A stretch of DNA of 55,615 nt from Salinarchaeum sp. (lineage in GTDB: Archaea > Halobacteriota > Halobacteria > Halobacteriales > SKNY01), in contig SKNY01000004.1 in NCBI GenBank assembly GCA_007123105.1, positions 1 through 55,615 of the forward strand. The letters run 5' to 3'. Both the position numbers and the translations under genes were made by a program. Below the pieces are notes generated by a model that searched no databases, was not told the DNA's origin, and worked only from the letters and a program-made list of their open reading frames with translations. Positions 8,508-18,144 of this stretch are shown here, one piece after another; position 1 is the first letter of the stretch; each line of letters opens with the position of its first letter.

Positions 8508-8975
8508 TTAGCGCTCCAGTAGCTGCTGGGCCTCGTTGATCGAGTACCGGAAGTCCGCCGGCACCGCGTCACCGCGGTGATAATTCGCGAGGCGCCGAAC
8601 CTTTGATTCGGTGTTCTGGAGTGCGCGTTTGTTCTGGGAGTCGTTTGGATGTTCTTCGAGATGCTCGTGGAGGCGGATCGCTCGCTCAAGCAGCGCCCGC
8701 AGGTCCTCGGGGAGGCCCGGCGCTGCATCGTTGTCGTCGAGAATCTCGGTCATCTTCTTCCCCGTGGCGAGGGTCACGTCAGGGACCGGGACGCCGCGGA
8801 CACCTTCGTCGCGCAGCTTCAACCCGATCACGCTCGGCTCGTGACCGTCCTCGGCCAGCTCGACGACCCGCGCTTCGATCGCCTCGGGGTCGACGTCGCT
8901 CCATTCGGGCGGTTCGGTTGCCGCGGGCCGGTCAGAACCGGACGATCCGCGGCGGCGTGTATGCATTCGTGCCAT
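8508..8975 (-). CDS. rps15: 30S ribosomal protein S15
   Basis: MARMHTRRRGSSGS... start at 8975 (the ORF-track start at 9044 is too long). The C-terminal NKRALQNTESKVRRLANYH is S15-like. Confidence 0.9.
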   Translation of the reverse strand: MARMHTRRRGSSGSDRPAATEPPEWSDVDPEAIEARVVELAEDGHEPSVIGLKLRDEGVRGVPVPDVTLATGKKMTEILDDNDAAPGLPEDLRALLERAIRLHEHLEEHPNDSQNKRALQNTESKVRRLANYHRGDAVPADFRYSINEAQQLLER

Positions 8976-9153
8976 AGGTAGCGGCGGAACTGCACAGACC
9001 GCAGGAGAACCGATATGACACCGGTTGCACTCCCGCAATCCCAAGTTACCATGGTGAGTAACGGGTCAGATTTGCGGTCGTGTCGTTCCGTATCGGGTGT
9101 TCGACCGGGAGAACGGTAAAGCGTTTCTGCTTCGGACGACGGTAATCGAGAGG

Positions 9154-9159
9154 TTTATT
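9154..9159 (+). promoter_or_regulatory. TATA-like box (TTTATT) 28-33 nt upstream of tRNA-Ala
   Basis: The spacing fits archaeal promoters. This is the only AT-rich hexamer in the upstream 60 nt. Confidence 0.3.
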
Positions 9160-9186
9160 CCCGCAGCGTTGGAACCCTAGCTCGTC

Positions 9187-9258
9187 GGGCTCGTAGATCA
9201 GCGGTAGATCACTCCCTTGGCATGGGAGAGGCCCCGGGTTCAAATCCCGGCGAGTCCA
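9187..9258 (+). tRNA. tRNA-Ala (anticodon GGC), no encoded CCA
   Basis: Folded by eye. Acceptor GGGCTCG/CGAGTCC has the G3:U70 alanine identity pair. Anticodon stem is CTCCC/GGGAG with loop TTGGCAT. T-arm is CCGGGTTCAAATCCCGG, and the discriminator is A. Confidence 0.9.
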
Positions 9259-9636
9259 CTCGGTTTTCACCGTCGTGGGCAGGGTATCTAATCGATAGGT
9301 AGAGAGACTGCTCTCGCGGTTAGCGGCACTTGTGGGGCATCCGACCACTCCCCTCATGAAAGAGTTCGTTTTCAGTACAAACACGGGTCGATGCCGTCTG
9401 GCGGTCGATTCGATAGCCGGTGTGGTGTCTCGTGAACGTTCTCGACGGGTACGGATCAGCCCCGATTTGTGAGTACAGCGGCCCCGATTGCACAATCCAC
9501 CCCACAGCTTCCCCCTCCAGCACGCGACTAAAATGGTGTTATTATCGGCGCAACACAAACCGTCGACCACCACGCCGCAAACCGGATCTATTCCAGTACC
9601 CGCCACATCGGGAAAACATGCGATGCCGACGAACAG

Positions 9637-10158
9637 TCAGGGATGGGCTGTGGTTATGTGGTCCTCATTGTGTCTGACGGTAACTTCGCTGGGAGGGTCG
9701 CCGTCGATGGAGAACTCGAGTTTGTACGTGATGCCGACGATGATCTCGAGGCAGCCCTCGTCCGAGTCGGAGTCGTCGAAGCTTTCAATTTCGGCAATGA
9801 TTGTTCCGTCCTCGACCGTGATGTCGTGGACTCGGGCGGTGTAACACGAGTTGTTTCCGGAGATCGTCCCTTCGACGACGACGCGGTCGTCTTCAAACTC
9901 CACTGTGGCCCTTAAGTCATACTCGGATCCAGCGACATCCAGGACCTCGAACCGAGTATCACGGACAACAGTCCCACCCGTTGCTTCCCCGTCGATGTTG
10001 CCCCGACCATCTGGAGCATCCTCCTCGTCATCATTGTCGCTCATGGCTGCATCATCCTCGGTGGAGTCGGGCTCATCCGAGAGGTGCTCGATACACCCCG
10101 TGATGGTGATGGCGCCGAGGCCGGAACCCATTAGCCGCGCGCATTCCCGACGCCTCAT
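9637..10158 (-). CDS. Acidic secreted lipoprotein, function unknown
   Basis: Tat-like RRR followed by lipobox ITITGC. Asp/Glu-rich linker. Two Cys in the mature domain. Confidence 0.6.
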   Translation of the reverse strand: MRRRECARLMGSGLGAITITGCIEHLSDEPDSTEDDAAMSDNDDEEDAPDGRGNIDGEATGGTVVRDTRFEVLDVAGSEYDLRATVEFEDDRVVVEGTISGNNSCYTARVHDITVEDGTIIAEIESFDDSDSDEGCLEIIVGITYKLEFSIDGDPPSEVTVRHNEDHITTAHP

Positions 10159-10254
10159 TCCGATGGGTTGGTCTGGCTAGGGGAAAGTCGTGTCGCGCTG
10201 ATCCCTTTAACCCAGAATACCGGAGCGAACATAGCGTCTGTGGGTTACCGAGGG

Positions 10255-11853
10255 TCATCCACCACTGACGATTCGAATGCCGTCAGAGCCAGCCACTGGC
10301 ATCCCGTCGACCGTTTCTCCGACCAGTGTCCCTTCTGTATCACTTGCCTGGAACCCCGTCTCTTCGACGCGAAAGTGACAATGCCAGTCCTCGAGACCGC
10401 TGTCGTTCACGTCGTCGACGTGCCCCCCATCGTGGATCGGGCGGGCACCGTCACCAGCCTCAACCGTTTCCGGGGCGCCAAACCGCACCGTCTCCGGGTC
10501 GATCAAGCCAGGGGAATCGAAATCGCCGGTGTGCAGGATCGCAACCGGTAGTATTGACTCACTCCGAAGGTTGACTGGGCGATTGTTGTTCTCGCCCGGT
10601 TTTATCGCGATCTCGACGGCGAGCGTGGTCGGGATGCCAAGCGCAGCCGGGATATCGAGCAGACCAGAACCCTGCTGCTCGCTCGTCAATCCGATGTCCT
10701 CGGCGGCGTCCTGCAGAACCTGTTTGACGTCGCCCGGGGATTCACCCGCTGCCAGCAACAGCGCAGCGGCGCCCGCGACGTGCGGAGCCGCCATTGAGGT
10801 CCCTCGCATCCGGACCGTCCCTGCGTCGACCCGCGTCGATAACACATCGCGACCAGGTTGAGGCGGTCTCGATCCGCCTGGAGCGGTGATGTCAACTTCA
10901 GGTCCCACTGAGGAGAAGGTTGACAATTCGTCATCCTCGCTGATCGAGCTTACCGCGATGTCCTGGTCGTACCCGCCGGGAAACGTCACTGGCCCACCGT
11001 TGCGATTCCCCGCAGAAGCGACGAGGATTACGTCGTGGTCGGTAGCATACTGCATCGCATCCTCGACCGTTTGACTGGCGTTCTGCTGGCCGAGGCTCAT
11101 GTTCGCGACATCGATCCCGTTGTCCGCCACCCATTCCAGCCCGTCCGCGACATCTGATTCGAACCCCTGGCCGTCTCCCCAGATGACCTTCACGGCGTGG
11201 AGTGTTACTGCAGGAGCCACACCGATGACGTCGATATCGTTGTCGGTCGCCCCGACGATGCCGGCGACGTGGGTGCCGTGTCCGGGCGAGAGTGAATCGT
11301 TGTCGTGCCAATCTTCGGGACAATCACCCGAACCGATATCCGGGGTGCAGGGCGCCGGGGCATGATGGAGCGTAGGGTGGAGATTGCCGACGAGATCCTC
11401 GTGCCGAGAGTCGATCCCGGAATCCAGGATTGCGACGCTGACCCCTTCGCCAGTATGGCCTTGTGCGTGCGCGATGTGTGCGCCGACCCGTTCGGCCCCC
11501 CAGTCGAGGATCTGGCCGTGTTCGGCCTCAATCGTCACGATCCCGTCTTCCTCAATGTAACGGACGTTTGGATTCCGCGCCAACCCGTCCAAAGCTTCAG
11601 GCGGCCACCGACCCACGACAGCTTGACCAATCCCACCGAAATCAAGCGTCTTGATCACCTGTGTCGCGTTGTCGCGAGCGACATCGGCCTTGCCTGGTCG
11701 AGTCCCCACGATCATTCGGTCCGCCCGATCTGGTCGCGCCGCTGCGGGAGGTGTGAGGGCGGTGATACCGCCAGCCGCACCGATACTCTTTAGAATGTCC
11801 CGTCGATTGAACGCACTATTCCCCCCGTCGCACTCCGTTCCATTAGTTCCCAT
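10255..11853 (-). CDS. Subtilisin-family (S8) serine protease, halolysin-like, Tat-secreted
   Basis: Tat motif NRRDILKSIGAAGG and an I9-like propeptide. Catalytic triad contexts are VAILDSGID, HGTHVAGIVG and GTSMAAPHVAGAAALL. There is an extra C-terminal beta-rich domain. Confidence 0.9.
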   Translation of the reverse strand: MGTNGTECDGGNSAFNRRDILKSIGAAGGITALTPPAAARPDRADRMIVGTRPGKADVARDNATQVIKTLDFGGIGQAVVGRWPPEALDGLARNPNVRYIEEDGIVTIEAEHGQILDWGAERVGAHIAHAQGHTGEGVSVAILDSGIDSRHEDLVGNLHPTLHHAPAPCTPDIGSGDCPEDWHDNDSLSPGHGTHVAGIVGATDNDIDVIGVAPAVTLHAVKVIWGDGQGFESDVADGLEWVADNGIDVANMSLGQQNASQTVEDAMQYATDHDVILVASAGNRNGGPVTFPGGYDQDIAVSSISEDDELSTFSSVGPEVDITAPGGSRPPQPGRDVLSTRVDAGTVRMRGTSMAAPHVAGAAALLLAAGESPGDVKQVLQDAAEDIGLTSEQQGSGLLDIPAALGIPTTLAVEIAIKPGENNNRPVNLRSESILPVAILHTGDFDSPGLIDPETVRFGAPETVEAGDGARPIHDGGHVDDVNDSGLEDWHCHFRVEETGFQASDTEGTLVGETVDGMPVAGSDGIRIVSGG

Positions 11854-12140
11854 TTATTCGATATTTAACGTATCATATCAGATTATGATGCGATACGCCG
11901 AGCCACCTTTACTGTCCTACCTTTCTGCCAATCTCTGTTGGCCGGTTCGCAGGCACCCTTCGTGCCATCGTGCCCGGAGGCCCCAGTCGGATCTGTTCGA
12001 GGGGTACACTGTCCCTGTACCGGTTGAAATCGGAAGCCTATCCCGTGGTCCAGATGTCCCGACCGGCGCTCGCTGCGTCGCGCCAAGATCTTTGACCCAC
12101 GCCTGAGTACCGTGTGTATGCGTGACTAGGCGGCTCAAGA

Positions 12141-12210
12141 TGATAAGAGTATTTTATGAAAGTATGATATAATATATATACGATATAATTCAATAATTCT
12201 GTCATCATTA
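12141..12210. other. Extremely AT-rich 70-nt core (13 G/C of 70 by my count) inside a gene-poor interval
   Basis: Counted directly: tgataagagtattttatgaaagtatgatataatatatatacgatataattcaataattctgtcatcatta. Confidence 0.8.
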
Positions 12211-12906
12211 CCGATCACTGCGGTAGCTGTGGCGTTCGATTCCACGTTCATCGGGACCTTCCTCGTGTCCACCATTGAACAATGGTTCCAGTCAGTCGGG
12301 ACCGAGGGCAGCAGGTACGCGCTGCCGCCAGCGAGCATGCCCAGCAAGGAGGAGGTGGCAGTAATGGATGACCTTGCCCGATCTACGGTGTAGAACTGCT
12401 CGGCCAGCCACCTGCGAGACAGGCATGAATTCGCCAGATACTGCCGAAGCCGAATGCCATCTCGATCACGGGAGTCGATGTGAGCGTCCGGACGGGACGG
12501 CCAGGCCCCACGCGTCCACTGGATCCCGAAATCAACGTCTACACGCGAGAAGATTCCATGGCTCCTCCCGCGATACCAGAGAAAAAAGCGTCCGTCTGCT
12601 TCCGCCGTGGTGTTACCGTTCTGAGCGGCTTATCCTAGATGACATCGTTACCAGCGTCAATCAATCTACCCCTCTCGATTCGTTTGGACGGCATTGTCGT
12701 TAGTTCGTCTGATGCCGTACCGCTGAGAATATGGGTACACCATTTCCTTCGAGCGATCGGCGGTCAGTGTCGTTACTCCGTATTGCACTGCATGACGATG
12801 GATATTCATCTCGTGGATCGTCTCAGGCGGTTACGTGACAGTATTCGGTACCCGGATCCCATTATCATGGAAACATCGATACGAGAAAGGACTGACAAAT
12901 CTTCGA

Positions 12907-15603
12907 TTAGCTATTATCCGAGTGTGAGGCGGCGGACAGGGAAAACTTGAACGTTGATCCCACCCTTAATTCAGACTCGACCCAGATGGTACCTCCGTGT
13001 CGCTCGATGATCCGCTGACAGAGCGCCAGCCCAATACCGGTTCCTGGGTGCTCATTCTGTGTGTGGAGCCGTTGAAATACCTCAAAGACCCGATCAGTGG
13101 CATCGGGCTCGACCCCCACTCCCTGATCCGAGACCGATACGACCACCATGCCGTTGTCGTGCTCCGCCCCGATATGCACCCGTGGCGATGCTTCCCCACT
13201 GTAGGCGATTGCGTTTTCAAGTAAGTTCAAAAACACCTGCCGGAGTTGACTCGCGTCACCTTCGACGGCCGGCAACGATTCGGTCGTGATTGCTGCGTCG
13301 TGCGCTTCGATGGAGAGCCGGAGATCGTCAAGGCTGTCCGCAAGAACGGTGTCGAGGTCCACCAGCTCCATTGGATTCCCCTGGTGTTCGACTCGAGAGT
13401 ATTCGAGCAGTCCATCGATCATCTCCCGCATCCGGGTGGCTCCATCGACAGCGAATTCGAGGAACTCCTCGGCCTCTGCATTCAGGGCGTCGGCGTACCG
13501 TTGATTGATGAGTTGCAGGTAACTGGTGACCATTCTGAGTGGTTCCTGTAAATCGTGGGAGGCGGCGTAGGCGAACTGCTCGAGCCGCTTGTTCGATTCC
13601 CGGAGTTCCTCGAGGTATTCAAAACGATCGGAGTGGACTTTAAGCAGGATCGCCAGTGTATCGATCAACTCCTGCTCCTCGGCCAGGAACGCCTGCTCGC
13701 GATTCAGGCTCTCTGGTTCTGCGGTGAGCGCGATATCGACGGTGATTGGAGTCTTATTCACCGTGCTGGTGTGGGCGGAGATCCGCTGGCACCCACCACC
13801 AAAGTTAGCGGTAGACGCCTCCGTATCACCCACTGAGACGCGTGCGGCGGTCGATGCTGGGCTGCTGAAAAACTGTGGAAGGTAAGTGACAAACTCACAC
13901 AGCAATTCGTCGAGTGGTTGGTCACCGGATTCAAATAAGTCCGTGGCGAGTTGAATTGCCGCAAGTTCCTTCTCCCGTTCTTTGAGATCTCGCTTGCGCC
14001 CTTCAGCCAGATCTTTGAGATCAGTGATGTCCGTCGCGGTTTCGATGACCTGGGCCGGTTCAGTGCCTCCGTCGGAGACCGGTCTGGCGGTTATCGATAC
14101 CCACTGACGTGATCCATCTCGTTGTTTGAGGAGTATTTCACAATCCGTAACTGGCTCGCCTGTTTCGTAGACTTGCAGAACGGGCCGGTCCTCGACCGGC
14201 AGTAGTTCTCCGGTGGCGTCGTACAGGTCCCGTTGGGCAGTGGTATAATCGTCGGTGTCTGGAGATAGATTGAGTAATTCTCCCATTCGTTGGTTGGCTC
14301 GCGAGGTCGTACCGTCCGGGTTGACCACTGCAATGCCAACCGGACTCGTCTCTAAAATTTCTTCGACCAGATCCTGCTCTCGCCTGATCTGTTGTTCGTG
14401 TTCCCGGCGTTCGGTCATATCTCTCGTGACTTTGGCAAATCCCTGCAGCTCACCCTCCTGCTCAACGCCGGTATGGTCACGTTCGCCCAAAATTTCGATC
14501 CGTCCGCACGAACGCGCCAACCACTTACCTCGATAGATCCAGTCTCCCGCACCTGTTGGAGATTCCGCGATGGAATACCATTACTTCGATCCTCAGGAGT
14601 ATAGAATCGTGACACATGCGTTCCGATGATCTCCTCCGCATCATAACCGATAATCTGTTTCGAACCGTTATTCCAGCTAACAACACAGCCAGTTGGATCG
14701 AGCATACATATTGCATATTCTTTGACTGTATTGACCAGTGTTTGAAACCGCTGTTCGCTTTCCAGTTGTTCTTTTTCTGCAGATTTTCGAGCAGTGATGT
14801 CGTAATACAGTTCGATACGGCTGCCGGCATATCGTCCAGATTCGATCGGTTTACTTCGATGTTCGAGCCACCGTGGGTCACGATCAGCTCCGTCCGTTAT
14901 TTGGCACTCAAACTGTTCAACGTACGTATTATCGTTAGGTGGCCAGGACCGTCTCGACGAATGTATCGGAATCGACGAGACGATGGCGGATCGTCTCCTG
15001 AATAAGGCACCGCTTGTTGCGCCCGATCACTTCGCGTTGCGTTATGCCGAAGTACTCTTCGATCGTTTTATCGATCCACACGACATTGAACGCGTCGTCC
15101 AGGACGAAGACGCCGACATCTGCCTCGTCGATAACCGACGAAATCGACTCGTATGTCTCCCAAATGGACGCCAATTGATCGCTCGATCGGTCCTGATCCG
15201 GCACCGGTCGGGCAACTGCGGCAGTGCCCTCGAATTCCCCATCCTCAAGCAGGAGCGTAAACCGGAGATCACAGGGAACACGCGTATCGTTCGCGGTCTC
15301 AATCACCAAATGGAACGATTTGAGAGGATCCCCACCAGCCTACCGACGGGAGCTGATTTCTTCTTCCAGCTGCCGGACATCATCCGCTCCGAGTACCAGC
15401 GAAAGATCCTCGCCGAGTAGCTCATCTCGGGTGTATCCGGATGTAGCAACGAATGCGTCGTTGACCACCACGAACCGTCCCTCGGCGTCGAGTTGAAAGA
15501 TTGCATCTTCAACGGAATTTAATAGATGTTGAGCCGGTTCGAGGGGACCAGTAGAGCCGGTGCCCCGCGTGGGCGGCTCGGCAGTTCGGTCGCCATCGGT
15601 CAT
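12907..15603 (-). pseudogene. Multi-PAS sensor histidine kinase, disrupted (in-frame TAG plus two frameshifts)
   Basis: PAS segments occur in three frames. TAG at 15340-15342 interrupts the first PAS domain. The frame changes at about 14935 (...ETVLAT* / DNTYVEQFEC...) and about 14460-14470 (FWANVTIPAL / EGELQGFAKVTRDMTERRE). HisKA (ASHDLQEPLR) and HATPase_c (HPGTGIGLALCQRIIERHGG) are intact in the last fragment. Confidence 0.8.
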
Positions 15604-15763
15604 CGTTTGTTGTGAGCTACGACTGGGTTTAAGCCCTCTCCTGAATATAATTATAGGCGAACTCAGCGGGACATTCTACGCCTACACCCACAAACCCACG
15701 AGAAATACCCATGTTCAAACTGGTCTTCCTTTGAGGAAAGCATCCACTGTCGAGAAACGCTTT

Positions 15764-16222
15764 TCAATCGAGATCCGTATCGGTGGGCAGTCGCATAACC
15801 GAAAGCCAGAACCGCTCGAGATCTTGAATCGTCGAGATGAATTCGTCCGGATCGACCGGCTTCGTGAGGTACCCGTTCGCACACAACTCGTAGGATTTCA
15901 CCACATCCGTTTCCGCTCGCGAACTCGTGAGCACGATAACTGGAATCCGTCGACGGTCTTGGTCGCCGTGCAGTTCCTTCAGTACCTCATCCCCATTTTT
16001 CCGCGGAAGGTTGAGATCGAGTAAAACGAGATCGGGACGGGGTGCGTCGGCATAATCGTTTCGTTGGAAGAGAAAATCAAGGGCCTCTACGCCATCTTCG
16101 ACGACATGAAGCGTGTTCGCGATCTTTCCTGCTTTGAACGCCTCCTGTGTGAGTCGAACGTCTCCCGGATTATCTTCGACGAGTAGAATATCGACTGCCT
16201 CGCCGGGGAGCTGATGATTCAT
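15764..16222 (-). CDS. CheY-like response-regulator receiver protein (stand-alone)
   Basis: ILLVEDNPGDV, PDLVLLDLNLPRKNG (phospho-acceptor Asp), VIVLTSS and GYLTKPVD. Confidence 0.9.
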   Translation of the reverse strand: MNHQLPGEAVDILLVEDNPGDVRLTQEAFKAGKIANTLHVVEDGVEALDFLFQRNDYADAPRPDLVLLDLNLPRKNGDEVLKELHGDQDRRRIPVIVLTSSRAETDVVKSYELCANGYLTKPVDPDEFISTIQDLERFWLSVMRLPTDTDLD

Positions 16223-16431
16223 TGCTGATGTATCGCCGGGACGGTAAATGAGAACGTCGATCCCAGACCTGGTGTTGAGTCTACCTCGATCTCTCCACCG
16301 TGCCGTTCGATAATCCGTTTACAGAGTGCCAATCCAATCCCCGATCCAGGATGCTCGCCCGGCAGATTTAACCGGTGAAACACATCGAAAATACGGAGTT
16401 GTTCGGTTGGATCGATGCCGATTCCCCAATC
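16219..16431 (-). pseudogene. C-terminal stump of a histidine kinase (HATPase_c G1/G2 region only)
   Basis: My own translation: DWGIGIDPTEQLRIFDVFHRLNLPGEHPGSGIGLALCKRIIERHGGEIEVDSTPGLGSTFSFTVP. It is preceded by an in-frame TAG (16432-16434). Its stop overlaps the receiver ATG (ATGA). Confidence 0.7.
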
Positions 16432-16597
16432 CTAAAGCTGAACGTCCGCTTCGTTCGGAGGCCCTCTCCACAGATTACTGGGGATGTGCCAGCGGCGCTA
16501 CCTGGAACCATCCTGGAGACGCCGTGGATAGGGAGTGGGTTAGCACGTAACCGGGGCCAAAAATACGGACCGATCGACAACCTGCTCCTCGGTCGGT

Positions 16598-17605
16598 ATG
16601 TCTTTGGGGCCGGGTGTCGACCGGCAGCACATGCCGACCCACCAGCGCATCGACTGGACGCCCGTCCAGCTCCCATCGGGGGTCAATCTTCGGCTTTCAC
16701 GCCACGAATATCGAGGGACGGCAAACGGACCGACCGTCTACATTCAGGCAGCTCAGCACGGCCGCGAAGTGAACGGCACCGAGGCGATTCGTCGACTCCA
16801 CGATTATTTGATCGACGCCGCAGAGTTCCACGGGACCGTGGTGACGGTCCCTGTTGCTGACCCTCTGACGTTCGACCGACGTTCGTATACGACGCCGGAA
16901 GAACTTGACAGCATCGCCCCCAACATGAATCGGGTCTGGCCCGGCGACGAGGCAGGCTCGATCCACGAGCGGTTGGCCGCAGCGCTCTGGACAGTGGCGA
17001 GAGACGCCACCGTCATCATTGACCTTCACACCGCAAGCGCATCGACACTGCCCCACGTCGTCTTCACCGAAGGTGACGATGAGGCCGAACAGTTAGCCCG
17101 TGCGTTCGGCACTGAGTTACACCTTGCCGAACCGGCCGGCGAGGCGGCCGGCCCAGAGTGGCATGCACGTGAGTTTCACGGCAAGCTACGGGTCGCCGCC
17201 CACGGCAACGGTATTCCGTGTATTACACCAGAACTCGGGGACAGCGAACGCCTGCAGGAAGGCGCCGTTGAACTCGGGGTCACTGGCATACGCTCCGTCC
17301 TTCGTGCGGTCGGTGTACTGCCCGGGAAGCCGACAAAGGAGTCCCCACCGCGATGTCGCAATCATCTCGCACGAACGCGTGCAGCGGCGGCGGGCTTGTT
17401 CCGTCCAGACCCCTCCTGCGAATTGGGGACGACGGTTTCGAGTGGGGCGTCCCTTGGCATCGTGTACAATCCGACGACGTTTGAACCCCGACAGACCGCG
17501 ACCGCCGAGCAAGATGGCGTACTGTACGCCGTAACCCGTCGGGGGACGGTTGCCGCGGGAGACCGCCTCGCGAGCGTCGCAATCCCAACAGATCAATTTG
17601 AGTAG
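16598..17605 (+). CDS. Succinylglutamate desuccinylase/aspartoacylase (AstE/AspA, M14-like) family protein
   Basis: YIQAAQHGREVNGTEAIRRL (His-x-x-Glu), NRVWPG and IIDLHTAS. An alternative start is at 16631. Confidence 0.7.
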   Translation: MSLGPGVDRQHMPTHQRIDWTPVQLPSGVNLRLSRHEYRGTANGPTVYIQAAQHGREVNGTEAIRRLHDYLIDAAEFHGTVVTVPVADPLTFDRRSYTTPEELDSIAPNMNRVWPGDEAGSIHERLAAALWTVARDATVIIDLHTASASTLPHVVFTEGDDEAEQLARAFGTELHLAEPAGEAAGPEWHAREFHGKLRVAAHGNGIPCITPELGDSERLQEGAVELGVTGIRSVLRAVGVLPGKPTKESPPRCRNHLARTRAAAAGLFRPDPSCELGTTVSSGASLGIVYNPTTFEPRQTATAEQDGVLYAVTRRGTVAAGDRLASVAIPTDQFE

Positions 17606-18144
17606 CCACTTCCGCTGACATCCGTTGGCTTGCACAACGAGCGGGGCAACCGGGGAGAAACGTGATGGGAGCAGGCACATACGGGGTGGCGTAATTGGGC
17701 GGATCGAATGTGCCGTTCGATCAGTTGGTTGAAGCATTAATCTCCGCTTACGGGGGGATTGTGTAGGGAGGCACACGCATGAACGCGATCGGGCCGAAGC
17801 ACGGGTAGAAGTCGATTCCTGATCGCTACCCCAGCGGTAGCTAACAGCGGCAGGCCATTCGTACCAGACCCGTCGCATCTGGCGTGTGAACAGAGGTGAT
17901 ACCACCAGCGTCAACAAACGACGTTGCGATACCACGCGGTCAGGTTCACTGCCTCCAGTACGAGGCGCCATGCTGCTGAAAGAAGTCAGGACCTTGCATC
18001 AATCATCAGAAGACGCCACGGGGATCGACCATCAGCCGAAGCGTCCGTCACCAGCCCCCGTCAGGAGCGACGCAGATCACCTACCGGGTAACCGGGAAAA
18101 TCAGGTGCGCAACGGTTTTTCGCTCGATCGCTCAACGCACTGGT

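Noticed and set aside
9046-9606. A 186-aa minus-strand ORF
   Set aside because: It runs antisense straight through the tRNA-Ala gene and its promoter, and its composition is basic and not protein-like for a haloarchaeon.
9259-9636. Possible RNase P RNA or SRP (7S) RNA next to the tRNA
   Set aside because: I could not find the conserved GGAAAGUCC-type (RNase P) or GGUCCGGAAGGAAGCAGC-type (SRP) motifs on either strand.
12141-12210. The AT-rich core as a replication origin unwinding element
   Set aside because: There is no orc1/cdc6 gene nearby, and I could not find flanking inverted ORB-like repeats. A single AT-rich patch alone is insufficient.
12135-12347. A 70-aa ORF (TTG start) ending in the AT-rich core
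   Set aside because: The reading frame is open much further upstream without a start codon, and its end is simply read-through into AT-rich DNA. It is treated as a possible gene relic (see the finding for 11854-12906), not as a CDS.
15340-15342. The in-frame TAG in the PAS kinase as a recoded codon (pyrrolysine or readthrough)
   Set aside because: Pyrrolysine decoding is not known in Halobacteria. The same gene also carries two frameshifts, and a second in-frame TAG occurs in the unrelated TnpB relic. Simple pseudogenisation is the economical reading.
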